A DNA stretch of 64,000 bases from an uncultured Gemmatimonadales bacterium (GCA_963828735.1 CAWHFW010000005.1:1760001-1824000), one strand, 5' to 3'; shown: positions 35,622 through 46,223, numbered from the stretch's first letter. The notes: generated from the sequence alone by a model not told the origin. Numbers and translations: made by a program.

Positions 35622-38618
35622 CCGACGCCGTTGCTCCATCGCGGCGGCGAGCAGCACGACGAGGAGACCTCCCGCGCCGACCCACCAGGCCGCGCTCGCC
35701 TGGCCGGGCGTCCTGAGCGGAACGGTCGCCGTCGGATCCCCCACGGCGCCGAACGCCGCCCAGACGCTTGGCGGTGATCCTTCCCGGAGCGCCGCCAGCT
35801 TGGCGGCGCGCAACGCCTCCACGATCGACTTCCCACGCGCCAGCTCGATATAGAGTCGCTCCACGATCTTCACCGTGCTGCGGTCCCCCACCCGCCAGCT
35901 CGTGGCAACTACGCTCCTCGCTCCGGCTTCGAGCAACGAAGCGGTGAGCCCTTGGATACCCTCGCCGTCCACGACGACCCCGCCCGCCGTACGACAGGCC
36001 GACAGCACCACCAGATCGGCGTGGAGCCGGAGTCGGGCGAGCTCGCCCGGCGTCACCAGCCCATCACCAGACGCGCCGGGCGCGAGGGCGAGCGCGGTAC
36101 GGCCAAGCGCCCGGTCGTCGACCAGCGCGTGCGTGGCGAAGTGGATCACTTGGAACCCGTCGAGCGGCGTGTGGCGGAGATAGTCCACGCTCGCCTCGTC
36201 GCCGAGCCGAACGTCGGACACGGCCGCGTAGCGGGCGACGAGCCGTGCCTCGGTGCCCGATCCTCGCAGGCGCGGCAGGTCCTCCACCGTCGCGATAGGG
36301 TCGCCGGCGACGCGAACCGTGTCGTCGGCCGGTCGCGCGAAGCTCGGGTCGCCGAAAACGAGGAGGCGCGTCGAATCCGCCGGGAGGCGCTCGCGAGGCC
36401 GGCGCCACAACACGCCCAGCGTGCCGGCGGACGGCACGATGCCGGTCGCGTACCGCTCCACCAGGTAGTGTCCATCGCGCAGGCGAAGCGCGTCCCATGG
36501 CACGCGATGCAACGGGCCGTCGGGGACGATGATCAGGCGGCTGACCCCGGGCCCGAGCAGCCCCAGGACCGGCTCGAGGAGCGTCCGCCCCAACGTGGCC
36601 GCCGCGACGCGATCGTCGGTCCCGCGCGCCACCAGCGCGACGAACCGGCCGATCGCGTCGATGAGCGAGTCCGCCGGCGGCAGGAGGAGGGCCCGTGCCG
36701 GCGCGTCGCCGCGCGTCACGACGAAGGCGGTCGTCGGAGCGCCGAGCGTGCCGGTGACATACTCGACGAGCGCGGTGCTGTCGTCAGGCAGTAGGCCGGC
36801 GATCTCCGGGGCGCCGATCGAGGACGTCACGGCAGCCCCGGTGGTGGGGGCGGACGGCGCACCGTCGTGCGCGGGTGAAGTCTCGAGCGCCGAGGCCTCG
36901 ACGAGGCGCTGCCTCAGCTCCCGCGCCCGGCGCCGCTCGGCGAGGCCGAACGCGGCATTGGCCCGGCCGCCGGCCGCGAGCGCGGCGATGACTCTCGGCA
37001 CGCTCGAGTTGCCGTCGCTCTCGTCGGTGGCGGTGGCCTGGAAGGCCATCAGTCGCAGCTGCTGATCGTCGAGGGTGCTCCGCCACTCGTCCAGCGCGTC
37101 GCCGGCGGCCGTCAGCTCCCGCTCGGCCCCGGCGAGGTCGCCGCGGCGCGCCCGAATGTCGGCCAGATAGGCTCGGGTTTCGTGCTGCCGGAGATGCTCG
37201 TCGTCCCCGAGCTCGCGCAGGTAGCCGCGGAAGATGGCCTCGGCGGAATCCAGGTCGCCGCGGTGCAGGGCCAGGCGGCCACGCTGGTAGACCAGCTTGG
37301 ACCGCCAGGTATCGATGCCGTGACTCCGAAGCAGGTGCTCCGAGCTGTCGAGCGCCTGGGCGGCCGCTGGCCAGTTCCCCGCCAGCATCTCGACGTCGGC
37401 CAGCGAGTGATAGAGCTCGATCACGCCGACGATCGCGCCGGTCCGCCGGTCGAAGTCGATCGTCTCGAGCGTGAGCCGCCGTGCGGTGGCCAGGTCGCCG
37501 CGGTCGCGCGCGATGTTCGCCTGCCACGAGCGCACGTTCATCTGGTCGGCCGTGGCGTTCATGCCGACGTACTGCTCCATGGCCTGGTCGAAGTAGCGCG
37601 AGGCGGTCGGAAGGTCGTGGAGGGAGTAGTAGAGCGTGCCGAGCATGTGCTTGGCCAGGGCCTCGGCCTCCTGGTAGCGCGCCACCCGCGCCTGCTCCAG
37701 CGATTCCCGCAGCGCGACCTTGGCCTCGCCGTACGCGCCATGGTCCCGCAGGACGTCCGCCAGCGTCGTGAGGGCGAACGCGAGGCTGCGACGGTCGCGC
37801 ACCCTGCGCAGGATGTCGGTGGCGCGGCGCAGCATCGCGAGCGAGGAGTCCTCGAGCCCGCGGCCCCACAGGTCACGCGCCGCGGCGCGGAGGCACTGGG
37901 CCTCCGCCCGCGGCGCCTGGACGCGACGGGAGTACGCGAGCGCCACGGCGAGCGCGCCCTGGGTGCGGTGATCGCCCATGTAGAAGAGGATCAGGGCGCG
38001 CCGGCACCGCACGCCGGCGATCAAGTCCGTCTCGCTCGCGGGCAGCACCCGCAGCGCGCTGTCGTGATACGCCAGCCCCACCGCCTTGGCGGCGTCGACG
38101 CGCGTGTTGCCGAGCGCCTGCAGCGCATCGCCCTCGGCCACGCTGTCGTGGAGGGCCCGCGCGCCGGCGAGGGCCAGGCTCACCAGGCTGTCCGCAACCC
38201 CCATCTGCATGGCCTCGTAGCTCAGCCGGGCCAGGCCCAACCGCGCGTAGACGCCATACGCATCGTCGCGCGCCGGTGCGAGCACCATCAGACGCCGATA
38301 CCAGCGGGCCGCCGTCGAGTCGTCGGCGCTCAGCCGTGCCGTCGTGGCCAGGCCGAGCACCGCATCGCGGTCGGTCGAGTCGTGGGCCAGGCGGGTCAGC
38401 CATCGCGCGGCAACCGCGGGTGCGCTGTCGCCTTCGACCGCGCTCCGCGCCTCGCGCATGACCTGGCGGGGGGCGTCACCGGCCCGGCCGGCCACGCCGA
38501 CCTGCACCATTGCGATGCCGAGCAACAGCAGTGAGGCGAGCACCGGAGTCTCGTGGGGGGAATCAGCCTCAGGATACGGCGCCGGGGCCGGGGCCGGCAA
38601 GCCGCCCTGAGAATGCAT
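35607..38618 (-). CDS. TPR-CHAT (caspase/HetF-like) protease with N-terminal signal/TM and C-terminal TM
   Basis: TPR-like helical repeats; AERRRAREL; LIIVPDGPLHRVPW; catalytic His in IHFATHA and Cys in LVVLSACRT; GEGIQGL; WAAF. True start may be GTG 38543. Confidence 0.92.
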   Translation of the reverse strand: MHSQGGLPAPAPAPYPEADSPHETPVLASLLLLGIAMVQVGVAGRAGDAPRQVMREARSAVEGDSAPAVAARWLTRLAHDSTDRDAVLGLATTARLSADDSTAARWYRRLMVLAPARDDAYGVYARLGLARLSYEAMQMGVADSLVSLALAGARALHDSVAEGDALQALGNTRVDAAKAVGLAYHDSALRVLPASETDLIAGVRCRRALILFYMGDHRTQGALAVALAYSRRVQAPRAEAQCLRAAARDLWGRGLEDSSLAMLRRATDILRRVRDRRSLAFALTTLADVLRDHGAYGEAKVALRESLEQARVARYQEAEALAKHMLGTLYYSLHDLPTASRYFDQAMEQYVGMNATADQMNVRSWQANIARDRGDLATARRLTLETIDFDRRTGAIVGVIELYHSLADVEMLAGNWPAAAQALDSSEHLLRSHGIDTWRSKLVYQRGRLALHRGDLDSAEAIFRGYLRELGDDEHLRQHETRAYLADIRARRGDLAGAERELTAAGDALDEWRSTLDDQQLRLMAFQATATDESDGNSSVPRVIAALAAGGRANAAFGLAERRRARELRQRLVEASALETSPAHDGAPSAPTTGAAVTSSIGAPEIAGLLPDDSTALVEYVTGTLGAPTTAFVVTRGDAPARALLLPPADSLIDAIGRFVALVARGTDDRVAAATLGRTLLEPVLGLLGPGVSRLIIVPDGPLHRVPWDALRLRDGHYLVERYATGIVPSAGTLGVLWRRPRERLPADSTRLLVFGDPSFARPADDTVRVAGDPIATVEDLPRLRGSGTEARLVARYAAVSDVRLGDEASVDYLRHTPLDGFQVIHFATHALVDDRALGRTALALAPGASGDGLVTPGELARLRLHADLVVLSACRTAGGVVVDGEGIQGLTASLLEAGARSVVATSWRVGDRSTVKIVERLYIELARGKSIVEALRAAKLAALREGSPPSVWAAFGAVGDPTATVPLRTPGQASAAWWVGAGGLLVVLLAAAMEQRRRSATA

Positions 38619-38680
38619 CGGCCGGCCCTGCGTACCTACCTCCGGGCAGCATCACCATCACTTGCTCGGAGGAGGCCGTC

Positions 38681-39256
38681 ATGTCGTATCGCGTCACGTT
38701 CCCCCATCGTCGGGCGCTCTACGCGCTCGCCTGCGCGCTCGGGCTCGTCCTCGTTGCGTGCTCGGGTGGGGGCGGAGACGTCACCGCGCCCGACCCGGGC
38801 CCGCAGGATCCGCCCGAGCAACCCGCGCCGGTGCCGCCGCCGCAGGTACCGGACGCGCCGCCGCCCGCGCAGCAGAACGGCATCCAGGGCACGTATGCCC
38901 TGGTGAAGATCAACGACTCCCATCCGGGACAGATGGTGACGGTGGCCAATCCGGACGGGACGGTGATCGGCCTCTACCGGTTCGACGCCGGCACGCAGCT
39001 GGTGCTCGACCCGCTGCAGACGTTCAGCCTGCAGCTCCGTTACACGGATGACAAGGACGACTACGGGATCGACGACCAGGGCGAGTTCAAGTCTCCCGGG
39101 ATGGTCGAGGGAGCCCTGGCGCTCACGTTTTACTCCAAGGTGTACGGCGACCAGTTCCCGGGCTCGGCCGCTGACGGTGTCATCGCCCTCAAGTACGACT
39201 TCGACGGCGACGGCCAGACCGACACGGTGTTCACGTTCCAGCTTGTCGGCGGGTGA
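38681..39256 (+). CDS. Hypothetical lipoprotein with Pro-rich linker, lipocalin-like beta domain and DxDxDG loop
   Basis: SD GGAGG; lipobox LVAC; IQGTYALVKIN; YDFDGDGQTD. Confidence 0.8.
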   Translation: MSYRVTFPHRRALYALACALGLVLVACSGGGGDVTAPDPGPQDPPEQPAPVPPPQVPDAPPPAQQNGIQGTYALVKINDSHPGQMVTVANPDGTVIGLYRFDAGTQLVLDPLQTFSLQLRYTDDKDDYGIDDQGEFKSPGMVEGALALTFYSKVYGDQFPGSAADGVIALKYDFDGDGQTDTVFTFQLVGG

Positions 39257-39263
39257 CGCACGT

Positions 39264-39309
39264 CGACTCGGCCCGGTCGAGCCCTCACGGCTCGGCCGGG
39301 CTTGAGTCG
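39264..39309 (+). terminator. Long GC-rich hairpin after the lipoprotein gene
   Basis: CGACTCGGCCCGGTCGAGCC-ctcac-GGCTCGGCCGGGCTTGAGTCG; about 20 bp with G-U pairs and a bulge; no U tail. Confidence 0.55.
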
Positions 39310-39385
39310 TGGCTGGAGCAGCTTGGCGGCGGCCACCAGCGACGCCCTCTGTCGCGGAGCCGATGAGCGTCACGACGCTCGCACC

Positions 39386-39425
39386 CTGACGCACGATGAT
39401 CGTCGCTCTGACGTGATTCTGTCAT
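39386..39425 (+). promoter_or_regulatory. OmpR/PhoB-like direct repeats
   Basis: CTGACG at 39386 and 39408, CTGTCA at 39419 (22- and 11-bp phasing). Confidence 0.5.
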
Positions 39426-39462
39426 TTCTTCCATAGGTCGTCAGGCCTGCCCGACCGTAGAT

Positions 39463-40944
39463 ATGGGCATGGCCCTCTCCACTACCCGCAGTATCGCCGA
39501 GCTCCAGGCCGAAGCCGAGCGTCCATCGCTCCGGCGCGCGCTTGGGCCGCTCAACCTCACCGCCCTGGGCATCGGGTCGGTGATCGGTACCGGCATCTTC
39601 GTGCTCACGGGCACCGCCGCGTCGCAGAACGCCGGGCCGGCGCTCGTGCTCTCCATGATCGTCGCGGCCGTGGCCTGTGCCCTGGCGGGACTCTGCTACG
39701 CGGAGCTCGCCTCGATGATTCCCGTCGCGGGCAGCGCCTATACCTACGCCTACGCGTCCTCGGGCGAGCTGGTGGCCTGGATCATCGGCTGGGACCTGAT
39801 CCTCGAGTACGCCCTGAGCGCTTCGACGATCGCGGTCGGCTGGTCGGGCTACTTCGTGAGCCTCATGCACGACCTTGGCGTCGCGTTGCCGCCGGCGCTC
39901 ACCGCAGCGCGCGGCGCGACGGCGCTGGGAATCGACGGCGCCGTCGTGCAGGGCGTCTTCAATCTGCCGGCGAGCATCATCGTGCTGCTGGTGACTGCGC
40001 TCCTCGTCACCGGCATCAAGCAGAGCGCCGATGCCAATACCGCGCTCGTGCTGCTCAAGGTATGCGTGCTCATCGCCTTCGTGGGGCTCGGCGCGGCGTA
40101 CGTGCGGCCCGAGCATCTCAAACCGCTCGTGCCCCCCAACACGGGCGAGTTCGGCCATTTCGGATGGAGCGGCGTGATGCGCGGAGCGGCGGTCATGTTT
40201 TTCGCGTACGTCGGATTCGATGCGGTGTCCACCGCCGCCCAGGAGGCGAGGAATCCGCAGCGCGACATGCCGATCGGGATCCTGGCGTCGCTCGCCATCT
40301 GCACGGTGCTCTACATCGCGGTGGCCGTCGTGCTCCTCGGCATCGTGCCCTACCAGCGGCTCAACGTCGCCGACCCGCTGGCCGTCGGCATCGACGCCAC
40401 CGGCCTCACCTGGTTCAGCCCGGTCGTCAAGGTGAGCGCGCTGTTCGGCCTGTTCAGCACGATGCTGGTGCAGCTGCTCGGCCAGACCCGCATCTTCTAC
40501 TCGATGAGCCGGGACGGATTGCTGCCCGACCTGTTCGGCGCCGTGCACCCGCGCTTCCGGACGCCGTGGCTCAGCACGCTGCTCACGGGTGGCGTGGTGG
40601 CGGTCGCGGCCGGGCTGCTTCCCATCGGGGTCTTGAGCCAGCTGGTGAGCATCGGGTCGCTCCTCGCGTTCGTGCTGGTGTGCGTCGGGGTGCTGGTGCT
40701 GCGCCGTACCGCCCCCGCCGTGGTGCGGCCGTTCCGGGTGCCCGGCGTCCCCTGGGTACCAGTGCTTGGCGCGTTGGCCTGCCTCGCGCAAATGGTCAGC
40801 CTGCCGTGGGCGACCTGGGAGCGCCTGGTCATCTGGATGGCGCTGGGTTTCGCGGTCTATTTTCTCTACAGCCGGCGACGGGCGCACGAGCGAAGGCAGG
40901 CGCGGCAGGCGCCCGCGGGGACGGTGGCACCGATCGGTGGGTGA
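39463..40944 (+). CDS. APC-family amino acid permease
   Basis: GSVIGTGIF, CYAELAS, GSAYTY, IGWDLILEY, FFAYVGFD, MSRDGLLP. Alternative start at 39469. Confidence 0.95.
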   Translation: MGMALSTTRSIAELQAEAERPSLRRALGPLNLTALGIGSVIGTGIFVLTGTAASQNAGPALVLSMIVAAVACALAGLCYAELASMIPVAGSAYTYAYASSGELVAWIIGWDLILEYALSASTIAVGWSGYFVSLMHDLGVALPPALTAARGATALGIDGAVVQGVFNLPASIIVLLVTALLVTGIKQSADANTALVLLKVCVLIAFVGLGAAYVRPEHLKPLVPPNTGEFGHFGWSGVMRGAAVMFFAYVGFDAVSTAAQEARNPQRDMPIGILASLAICTVLYIAVAVVLLGIVPYQRLNVADPLAVGIDATGLTWFSPVVKVSALFGLFSTMLVQLLGQTRIFYSMSRDGLLPDLFGAVHPRFRTPWLSTLLTGGVVAVAAGLLPIGVLSQLVSIGSLLAFVLVCVGVLVLRRTAPAVVRPFRVPGVPWVPVLGALACLAQMVSLPWATWERLVIWMALGFAVYFLYSRRRAHERRQARQAPAGTVAPIGG

Positions 40945-42581
40945 GTGAAGTCTTCGTCACGCTTCCTGATTCTGCTGTTGGGACTCACGCTCGGGCTGGC
41001 GGGGCTGCTCGGCGTCGAGGCGGTTCGCGCCACCCGATCCCACCGGGTGACCGCGGAGCGCGCCCTTCGCGACTACGCGACCGTCGCCGCGTGGGAGCTG
41101 CTCACCGCCACCGACGAGCAGCTCCAGCGCGCGGCGAGCGCCGCGCTCGGCCCGGTGGCGGGAAGCCCGGCCGCGTCGCCCTACGACTCGGTGCCCGCCG
41201 CGGCCGCGCTCTCGCCGGCCGCCGACTCGCTGTTCCCCTGCGGTGCCGCGGGCGACTCGTCCCGATTCACCTTCGCCCTCGACCTTCGCAGCGGTGCGCT
41301 CACGACGCACGGCGCCGCGCCCGCCTCGCCGCTCCGAGCCTGGCTGGCCGATACGATCGCGCGCGCGGCACGGGCGCAGGCGCCCGGGCTCGGGAGGTAC
41401 GGCACGGTCTGGTCGCCCGCCGGTGCCGTGGCGATCTACGGGGTGAAAGCCGTGCGGTACAACGGCTACGCCGCCCACGACGCGCCGCTCGCGGTCTACG
41501 GCGTCGTGACGTGCCCGTCGGCGATGGCGCGGCTCGTTGCCGGCGTCGTGGCGCGCCATCCGCTCCTCCCCGCGCAGGTCGCGGGGGGACTCGCCACCGC
41601 CAGGCTCGTGGGTCTCGAGGTCACGGACCCCACCGGGCATCCGGTCTTCCGCTCGGGTCCGCCCGCCCGGGCCTCCGCCTACACCGGCGATCCCGCATCC
41701 AATGCCGGCTCGCTCGTAGTTCGCGCGTGGCTGCCGGCGGACGTGGCGGGCCGGCTGGTCCTCACCCAGCCGAGCATCCGGCTGCCGCTCCTGCTCGGCC
41801 TGTTCGTGCTGACGGCGGCGCTGACGGCCGTCGCCGCCCGTCAGATCCGGCGCGAACAGGAGCTGGTGCGGCTCCGGCAGGATTTCACCTCCAGCGTGTC
41901 GCACGAGCTTCGCACTCCGCTCACCCAGATCCTCCTCTTCGGCGAGACCCTGGAGCTCGGTCGGGCCGGTGGGGAAGACGCGCGGCGTGAGGCCGTGTCC
42001 GTCATCGTCCAGGAGGCGCGGCGGCTGGCGCACTTGGTGGAGAACGTGCTGCACCTGAGCCGCGCCGAGCGCCGTCTCGTGCGGGTCGATCCGGCGCTGG
42101 TGCCGATTGCGCCGCTGCTTCGAGAGATCGTGGAGCGCTTCGCGCCACTGGCCGGCGCCGACGCGGTGCGGATTCGGACCGAGCTGGACGAGTCGCTCCT
42201 CGCCCTGGCCGATCCCGACGCGATGCATCAGATCGTGATCAACCTGCTCGACAACGCCATCAAGTACGCGGACCGGGGTCCGGTCATCCTCCGCGCCGTG
42301 CTCCGCGACGGGCGCGCACGGCTCGAGGTGGAGGACCATGGCCCGGGAGTGCCCGCCACCGACCGCGGGCGCGTCTGGGAACCGTTCGTGCGCCTCCGGC
42401 CCGAGGCCGCGGTTCCCGGCAGCGGCATCGGGCTCGCGGTGGTGCGGGAGCTGGTCGCTGCGCACGGCGGCCGGTGCCACGTCGAGACGACGCCGGGCGG
42501 AGGGGCGAGGTTCGTGGTCGAGCTGCCGGGTGCTGCGCGCGTTGGGCCGGGTCCCTCGCGCACGCCGTCCGCGGAGGCGAC

Positions 42582-42597
<16 letters not shown>
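40945..42597 (+). CDS. Membrane sensor histidine kinase
   Basis: Two TMs; SHELRTPL; NLLDNAIKY; DHGPG; GSGIGL. Confidence 0.93.
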
Positions 42598-43262
<665 letters not shown>

Positions 43263-43322
43263 GCCGGGCGCCAGCGGCCTGACGCCTCGTCGACGCGGCC
43301 GCCCACCACCCGACACGCTCAT

Positions 43323-43844
43323 CTAGAACGGCATCTTGTACTCCGGCGGCTTCACGCCGTTCAGCCGCAGGTAGGGCACCAGCTGGCCCAGCGTCCACAC
43401 CGAATGCTCGAACGAGAGCTGCGCCAGCCTCGCGGCCGGCTGCGGCGGCTGGCCGTACATCGCGACCGGCTTGCCGAGCTGAGCCGCGGAGGCCTTGCGG
43501 AGCGCCCCGAGCAGGTAGCCATACGTCGTGTCGGCGTAGGCACGGAGCGCGGCCTTGCTGTGCAGGTAGCGGGCACTGTCGCCCAGCGCGGGCGCGGCCT
43601 TGAGGCCGTGAAGCGCGATCGCCGCCACGTCGAGGTTCGTGCTGACGATGTGGTCGAACTGCTCGGCGAAGGTGCGGACGCCCGGCGTGGGTCGGAAGCC
43701 GGTAGCCGAGTCGGGCATGGCCTCGATGTAGGCCAGCACGGTCGCGCGGTTGCGTTCGAAGTCCGCAAGCAGGTCGGGCGACACCTGCGCCCGGACGGGC
43801 GCGGCCGCCAGGATGGCGAGAAGCAGCAGGACTAGCCAACGCAC
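43323..43844 (-). CDS. Secreted DinB-family protein
   Basis: Signal peptide; AMP...FRPTPGVRTFAEQFDHI...EH...GQLVPYLRLNGVKPP. Confidence 0.88.
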   Translation of the reverse strand: MRWLVLLLLAILAAAPVRAQVSPDLLADFERNRATVLAYIEAMPDSATGFRPTPGVRTFAEQFDHIVSTNLDVAAIALHGLKAAPALGDSARYLHSKAALRAYADTTYGYLLGALRKASAAQLGKPVAMYGQPPQPAARLAQLSFEHSVWTLGQLVPYLRLNGVKPPEYKMPF

Positions 43845-43946
43845 GGGACGGGTCCTTTCGACTGGATGTGGGGCCAGGGCGACGGGTCACGGGCAGAGGA
43901 CGGTGGGACGTCACCTTCGGGCGGTCCCTTCCCCCGAGGTCGAGCG

Positions 43947-44582
43947 ATGCCCGCTACCTGGATCACGCTGTCGCGCTTCCCGCTGCTCCTGGCCAGCGTT
44001 CTGGCCTTGTATCTGGGTGGCCCCGCGCTGCAGCTCGCCGGCGCGGCGCTGCTCCTGGTGGGGCTTCTGCTCGACACCGTGGACGGCTTCGTCGCGCGAC
44101 GCACCGGACAGGCCAGCCTGTTCGGCGGAGTGCTCGACATCGCCGCTGACCGTACGTACGAGCTGGTGCTGTGGGTGAGTTTCGCGGACCTGGGGCTCAT
44201 CCCGTCGTGGGTCCCGTTCGTGATCCTCGTTCGGACCACCCTCACCGACGCGTTCCGCAGCCTCGGCGTCGGCGCCGGGACCGCGCCGTTCGACCAGCAC
44301 CGCACGCCGCTCGGGCGCTTCCTGGTGGCCTCGCCGGTGATGCGGATCGCGTACTCGCTGGCCAAGGTGACGACGTTCTGCGGTCTGGCCGCCGCCCGGG
44401 CGCTGGCCGCGTATCCCGCCGGGTCGTGGCCGAGCCGGGTCGGGGAGCCGCTGTCGCGCGTGGTCGCCGTGGCGCTGTGGGCGACGGTGCTGCTCTGCGT
44501 CGTGCGCGGCCTGCCTGTGATCGTGGGCGGGCTCCGGCGGCATCTGCGGGTGCCCGGGCGAGGGCTGTCCACCGCGCCGTGA
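43947..44582 (+). CDS. CDP-alcohol phosphatidyltransferase family protein
   Basis: DTVDGFVARRTGQASLFGGVLDIAADR signature. Confidence 0.92.
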   Translation: MPATWITLSRFPLLLASVLALYLGGPALQLAGAALLLVGLLLDTVDGFVARRTGQASLFGGVLDIAADRTYELVLWVSFADLGLIPSWVPFVILVRTTLTDAFRSLGVGAGTAPFDQHRTPLGRFLVASPVMRIAYSLAKVTTFCGLAAARALAAYPAGSWPSRVGEPLSRVVAVALWATVLLCVVRGLPVIVGGLRRHLRVPGRGLSTAP

Positions 44583-44627
44583 TACGCCGCGCGAGCTCCC
44601 GGACCGTCCGCAACGTCGCCCCCCGAG

Positions 44628-45068
44628 CTAGTCCGCCTGGCGGCGCTCCCACGCAAGGAAGGCGGAGAGCGCCGGCGCCACTGGTTCCATTGTCGGCTGC
44701 CCCTCGCGCCTGATCCGGATGAAGACCGGCCCGTCACCCGCCGCCGTGGCGTCCGGGACGAAGACGTAGGGGTCTCCGTGCTCGTCGTCGGCGAAGGCGA
44801 CGGCGCCCGACGGCAGCGCGACGCCATCCGGTGCCACCGCCTCCTCGTCCATGGGAAGGAACAGGTCCAGCCAGCGCTCCGCCGCGCCGTCCGGCGGGAA
44901 CACCTTGAAGTGCGCGCGGAGGACGCTGTCGGGCTGGGCGTAGAGCGACCGCAGCACCGGCGGCACGGCACGCCCGAGGTGCGACGCGATCAGGTCCCAG
45001 TTGGGGCTCAGGAGACGGGCGCGGAACGGCGAGCTGAACACCGGCGGAGGATCGTAGAAGCCGCTCAT
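44628..45068 (-). CDS. SMI1/KNR4 (SUKH)-like protein
   Basis: LGRAVPPVLRSLY...VAFADDEHGDPYVF...VAPALSAFL. Confidence 0.65.
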   Translation of the reverse strand: MSGFYDPPPVFSSPFRARLLSPNWDLIASHLGRAVPPVLRSLYAQPDSVLRAHFKVFPPDGAAERWLDLFLPMDEEAVAPDGVALPSGAVAFADDEHGDPYVFVPDATAAGDGPVFIRIRREGQPTMEPVAPALSAFLAWERRQAD

Positions 45069-45075
45069 GGTGGGC

Positions 45076-45309
45076 TCAGGCGTGGTCGACGACCGACGAG
45101 ACGCCTGCCTTCCGGGCGCAGTGGGCGCAGCAGTAGAAGGTGTTGTTCGCTTCGATGCCGTGGCCGACGATCTTGCAGCCGCAGTGCTCGCAGACGGGCG
45201 CGAGACGATGAATGGCGCATTCGAAGCTGTCGAAGGTATGGGTCCGGCCCGCGGTGACGACCTGGAAGGAGAGGTAGTAGTCGTTCCCGCAGACTTCACA
45301 CACGGCCAT
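45076..45309 (-). CDS. Small Cys/His-rich metal-binding protein (metallothionein-like family)
   Basis: CEVCGNDY...FDSFECAIH...CEHCGC...GHG...CCAHCA; SD GGAGG. Confidence 0.85.
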   Translation of the reverse strand: MAVCEVCGNDYYLSFQVVTAGRTHTFDSFECAIHRLAPVCEHCGCKIVGHGIEANNTFYCCAHCARKAGVSSVVDHA

Positions 45310-45383
45310 GGCGGCCTCCTCGAGAGGGGCGGCCCATCGCCGCCCGTCTTCCAACAGTGCGACGCCTCGAAGAAATCCGCCAG

Positions 45384-46223
45384 CTACGCCGGCCGTGGCA
45401 GCGCCGCGGCGAATTCCCGCATGCTCGCGAACCGCTCGGCCGCCGGCTTGGCCAGCGCCCGGGCGATGGCCGCGTCCACCGACGGTGGGACGGCGGGGCT
45501 CACGGCGGAGGCCGGCACGATGGGTGAGCGAAGGATCTTGACGACGAGGTCGGTCACGGAGCGTCCGGTGAACGGCGGCGCGCCGGTCAGCATCTCGTAC
45601 AGCACGCAACCCAGGCCGTAGATGTCGGATCGCTCGTCGATGCCGCGGTCCTCGCGGACCTGCTCGGGGCTCATGTAGAAGATCGTGCCGACCATGGTCC
45701 CGGTCTTGGTGAGCTTGGTGTGATCCGCGGCGCTGATCGCGCGCGCCAGGCCGAAGTCGGCGACCAGCGCCCGGCCGTCGGCCATGAGGATGTTGTCCGG
45801 CTTCACGTCGCGGTGCAGGATGCCGTGGCCGTGGGCGTATCCGAGCGCCTCGGCGACATCGTGCGTGATCCGGAGGGCGTCCTCGAGTCCGAGCCGCTTC
45901 TCCCGCTCGAGGCGGACGTGCAGGGACTCGCCCTCCACGTAGGGCATGACGTAGTAGAGACCGGCGTTCGCATGCCCCGAGTCGAGCAGCGGCACGATCC
46001 CGCGGTGCGACAGCGAGGCGACGATGTCCATCTCGCGCCGGAAGCGCTCGAGCCCGAGCGCCGAGCCGAGCTCGGGATGCATCGCTTTGACGGCCACGGC
46101 CCGCCCGCCCTCGCGCTCGTGGGCGAGATACACGGTCGCCATGCCGCCGTGGCCGAGCTCGCGCTCCAGCACGTAGCGGTCGGTCAGGGCTTCAGCCAGC
46201 GCATTCCAGACGATGGTGGTCAT
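45384..46223 (-). CDS. Stand-alone Ser/Thr kinase (catalytic domain only)
   Basis: GHGGMATV, VAVK, HRDVKPDN, DFG, YMSPE; 279 aa with no sensor domain. Confidence 0.93.
   Translation of the reverse strand: MTTIVWNALAEALTDRYVLERELGHGGMATVYLAHEREGGRAVAVKAMHPELGSALGLERFRREMDIVASLSHRGIVPLLDSGHANAGLYYVMPYVEGESLHVRLEREKRLGLEDALRITHDVAEALGYAHGHGILHRDVKPDNILMADGRALVADFGLARAISAADHTKLTKTGTMVGTIFYMSPEQVREDRGIDERSDIYGLGCVLYEMLTGAPPFTGRSVTDLVVKILRSPIVPASAVSPAVPPSVDAAIARALAKPAAERFASMREFAAALPRPA

Noticed and set aside
35607..38618. Type III-E CRISPR (Craspase) or gasdermin-type defence locus
   Set aside because: No cas genes, CRISPR array or gasdermin-like gene in the window; the CHAT protein appears extracytoplasmic.
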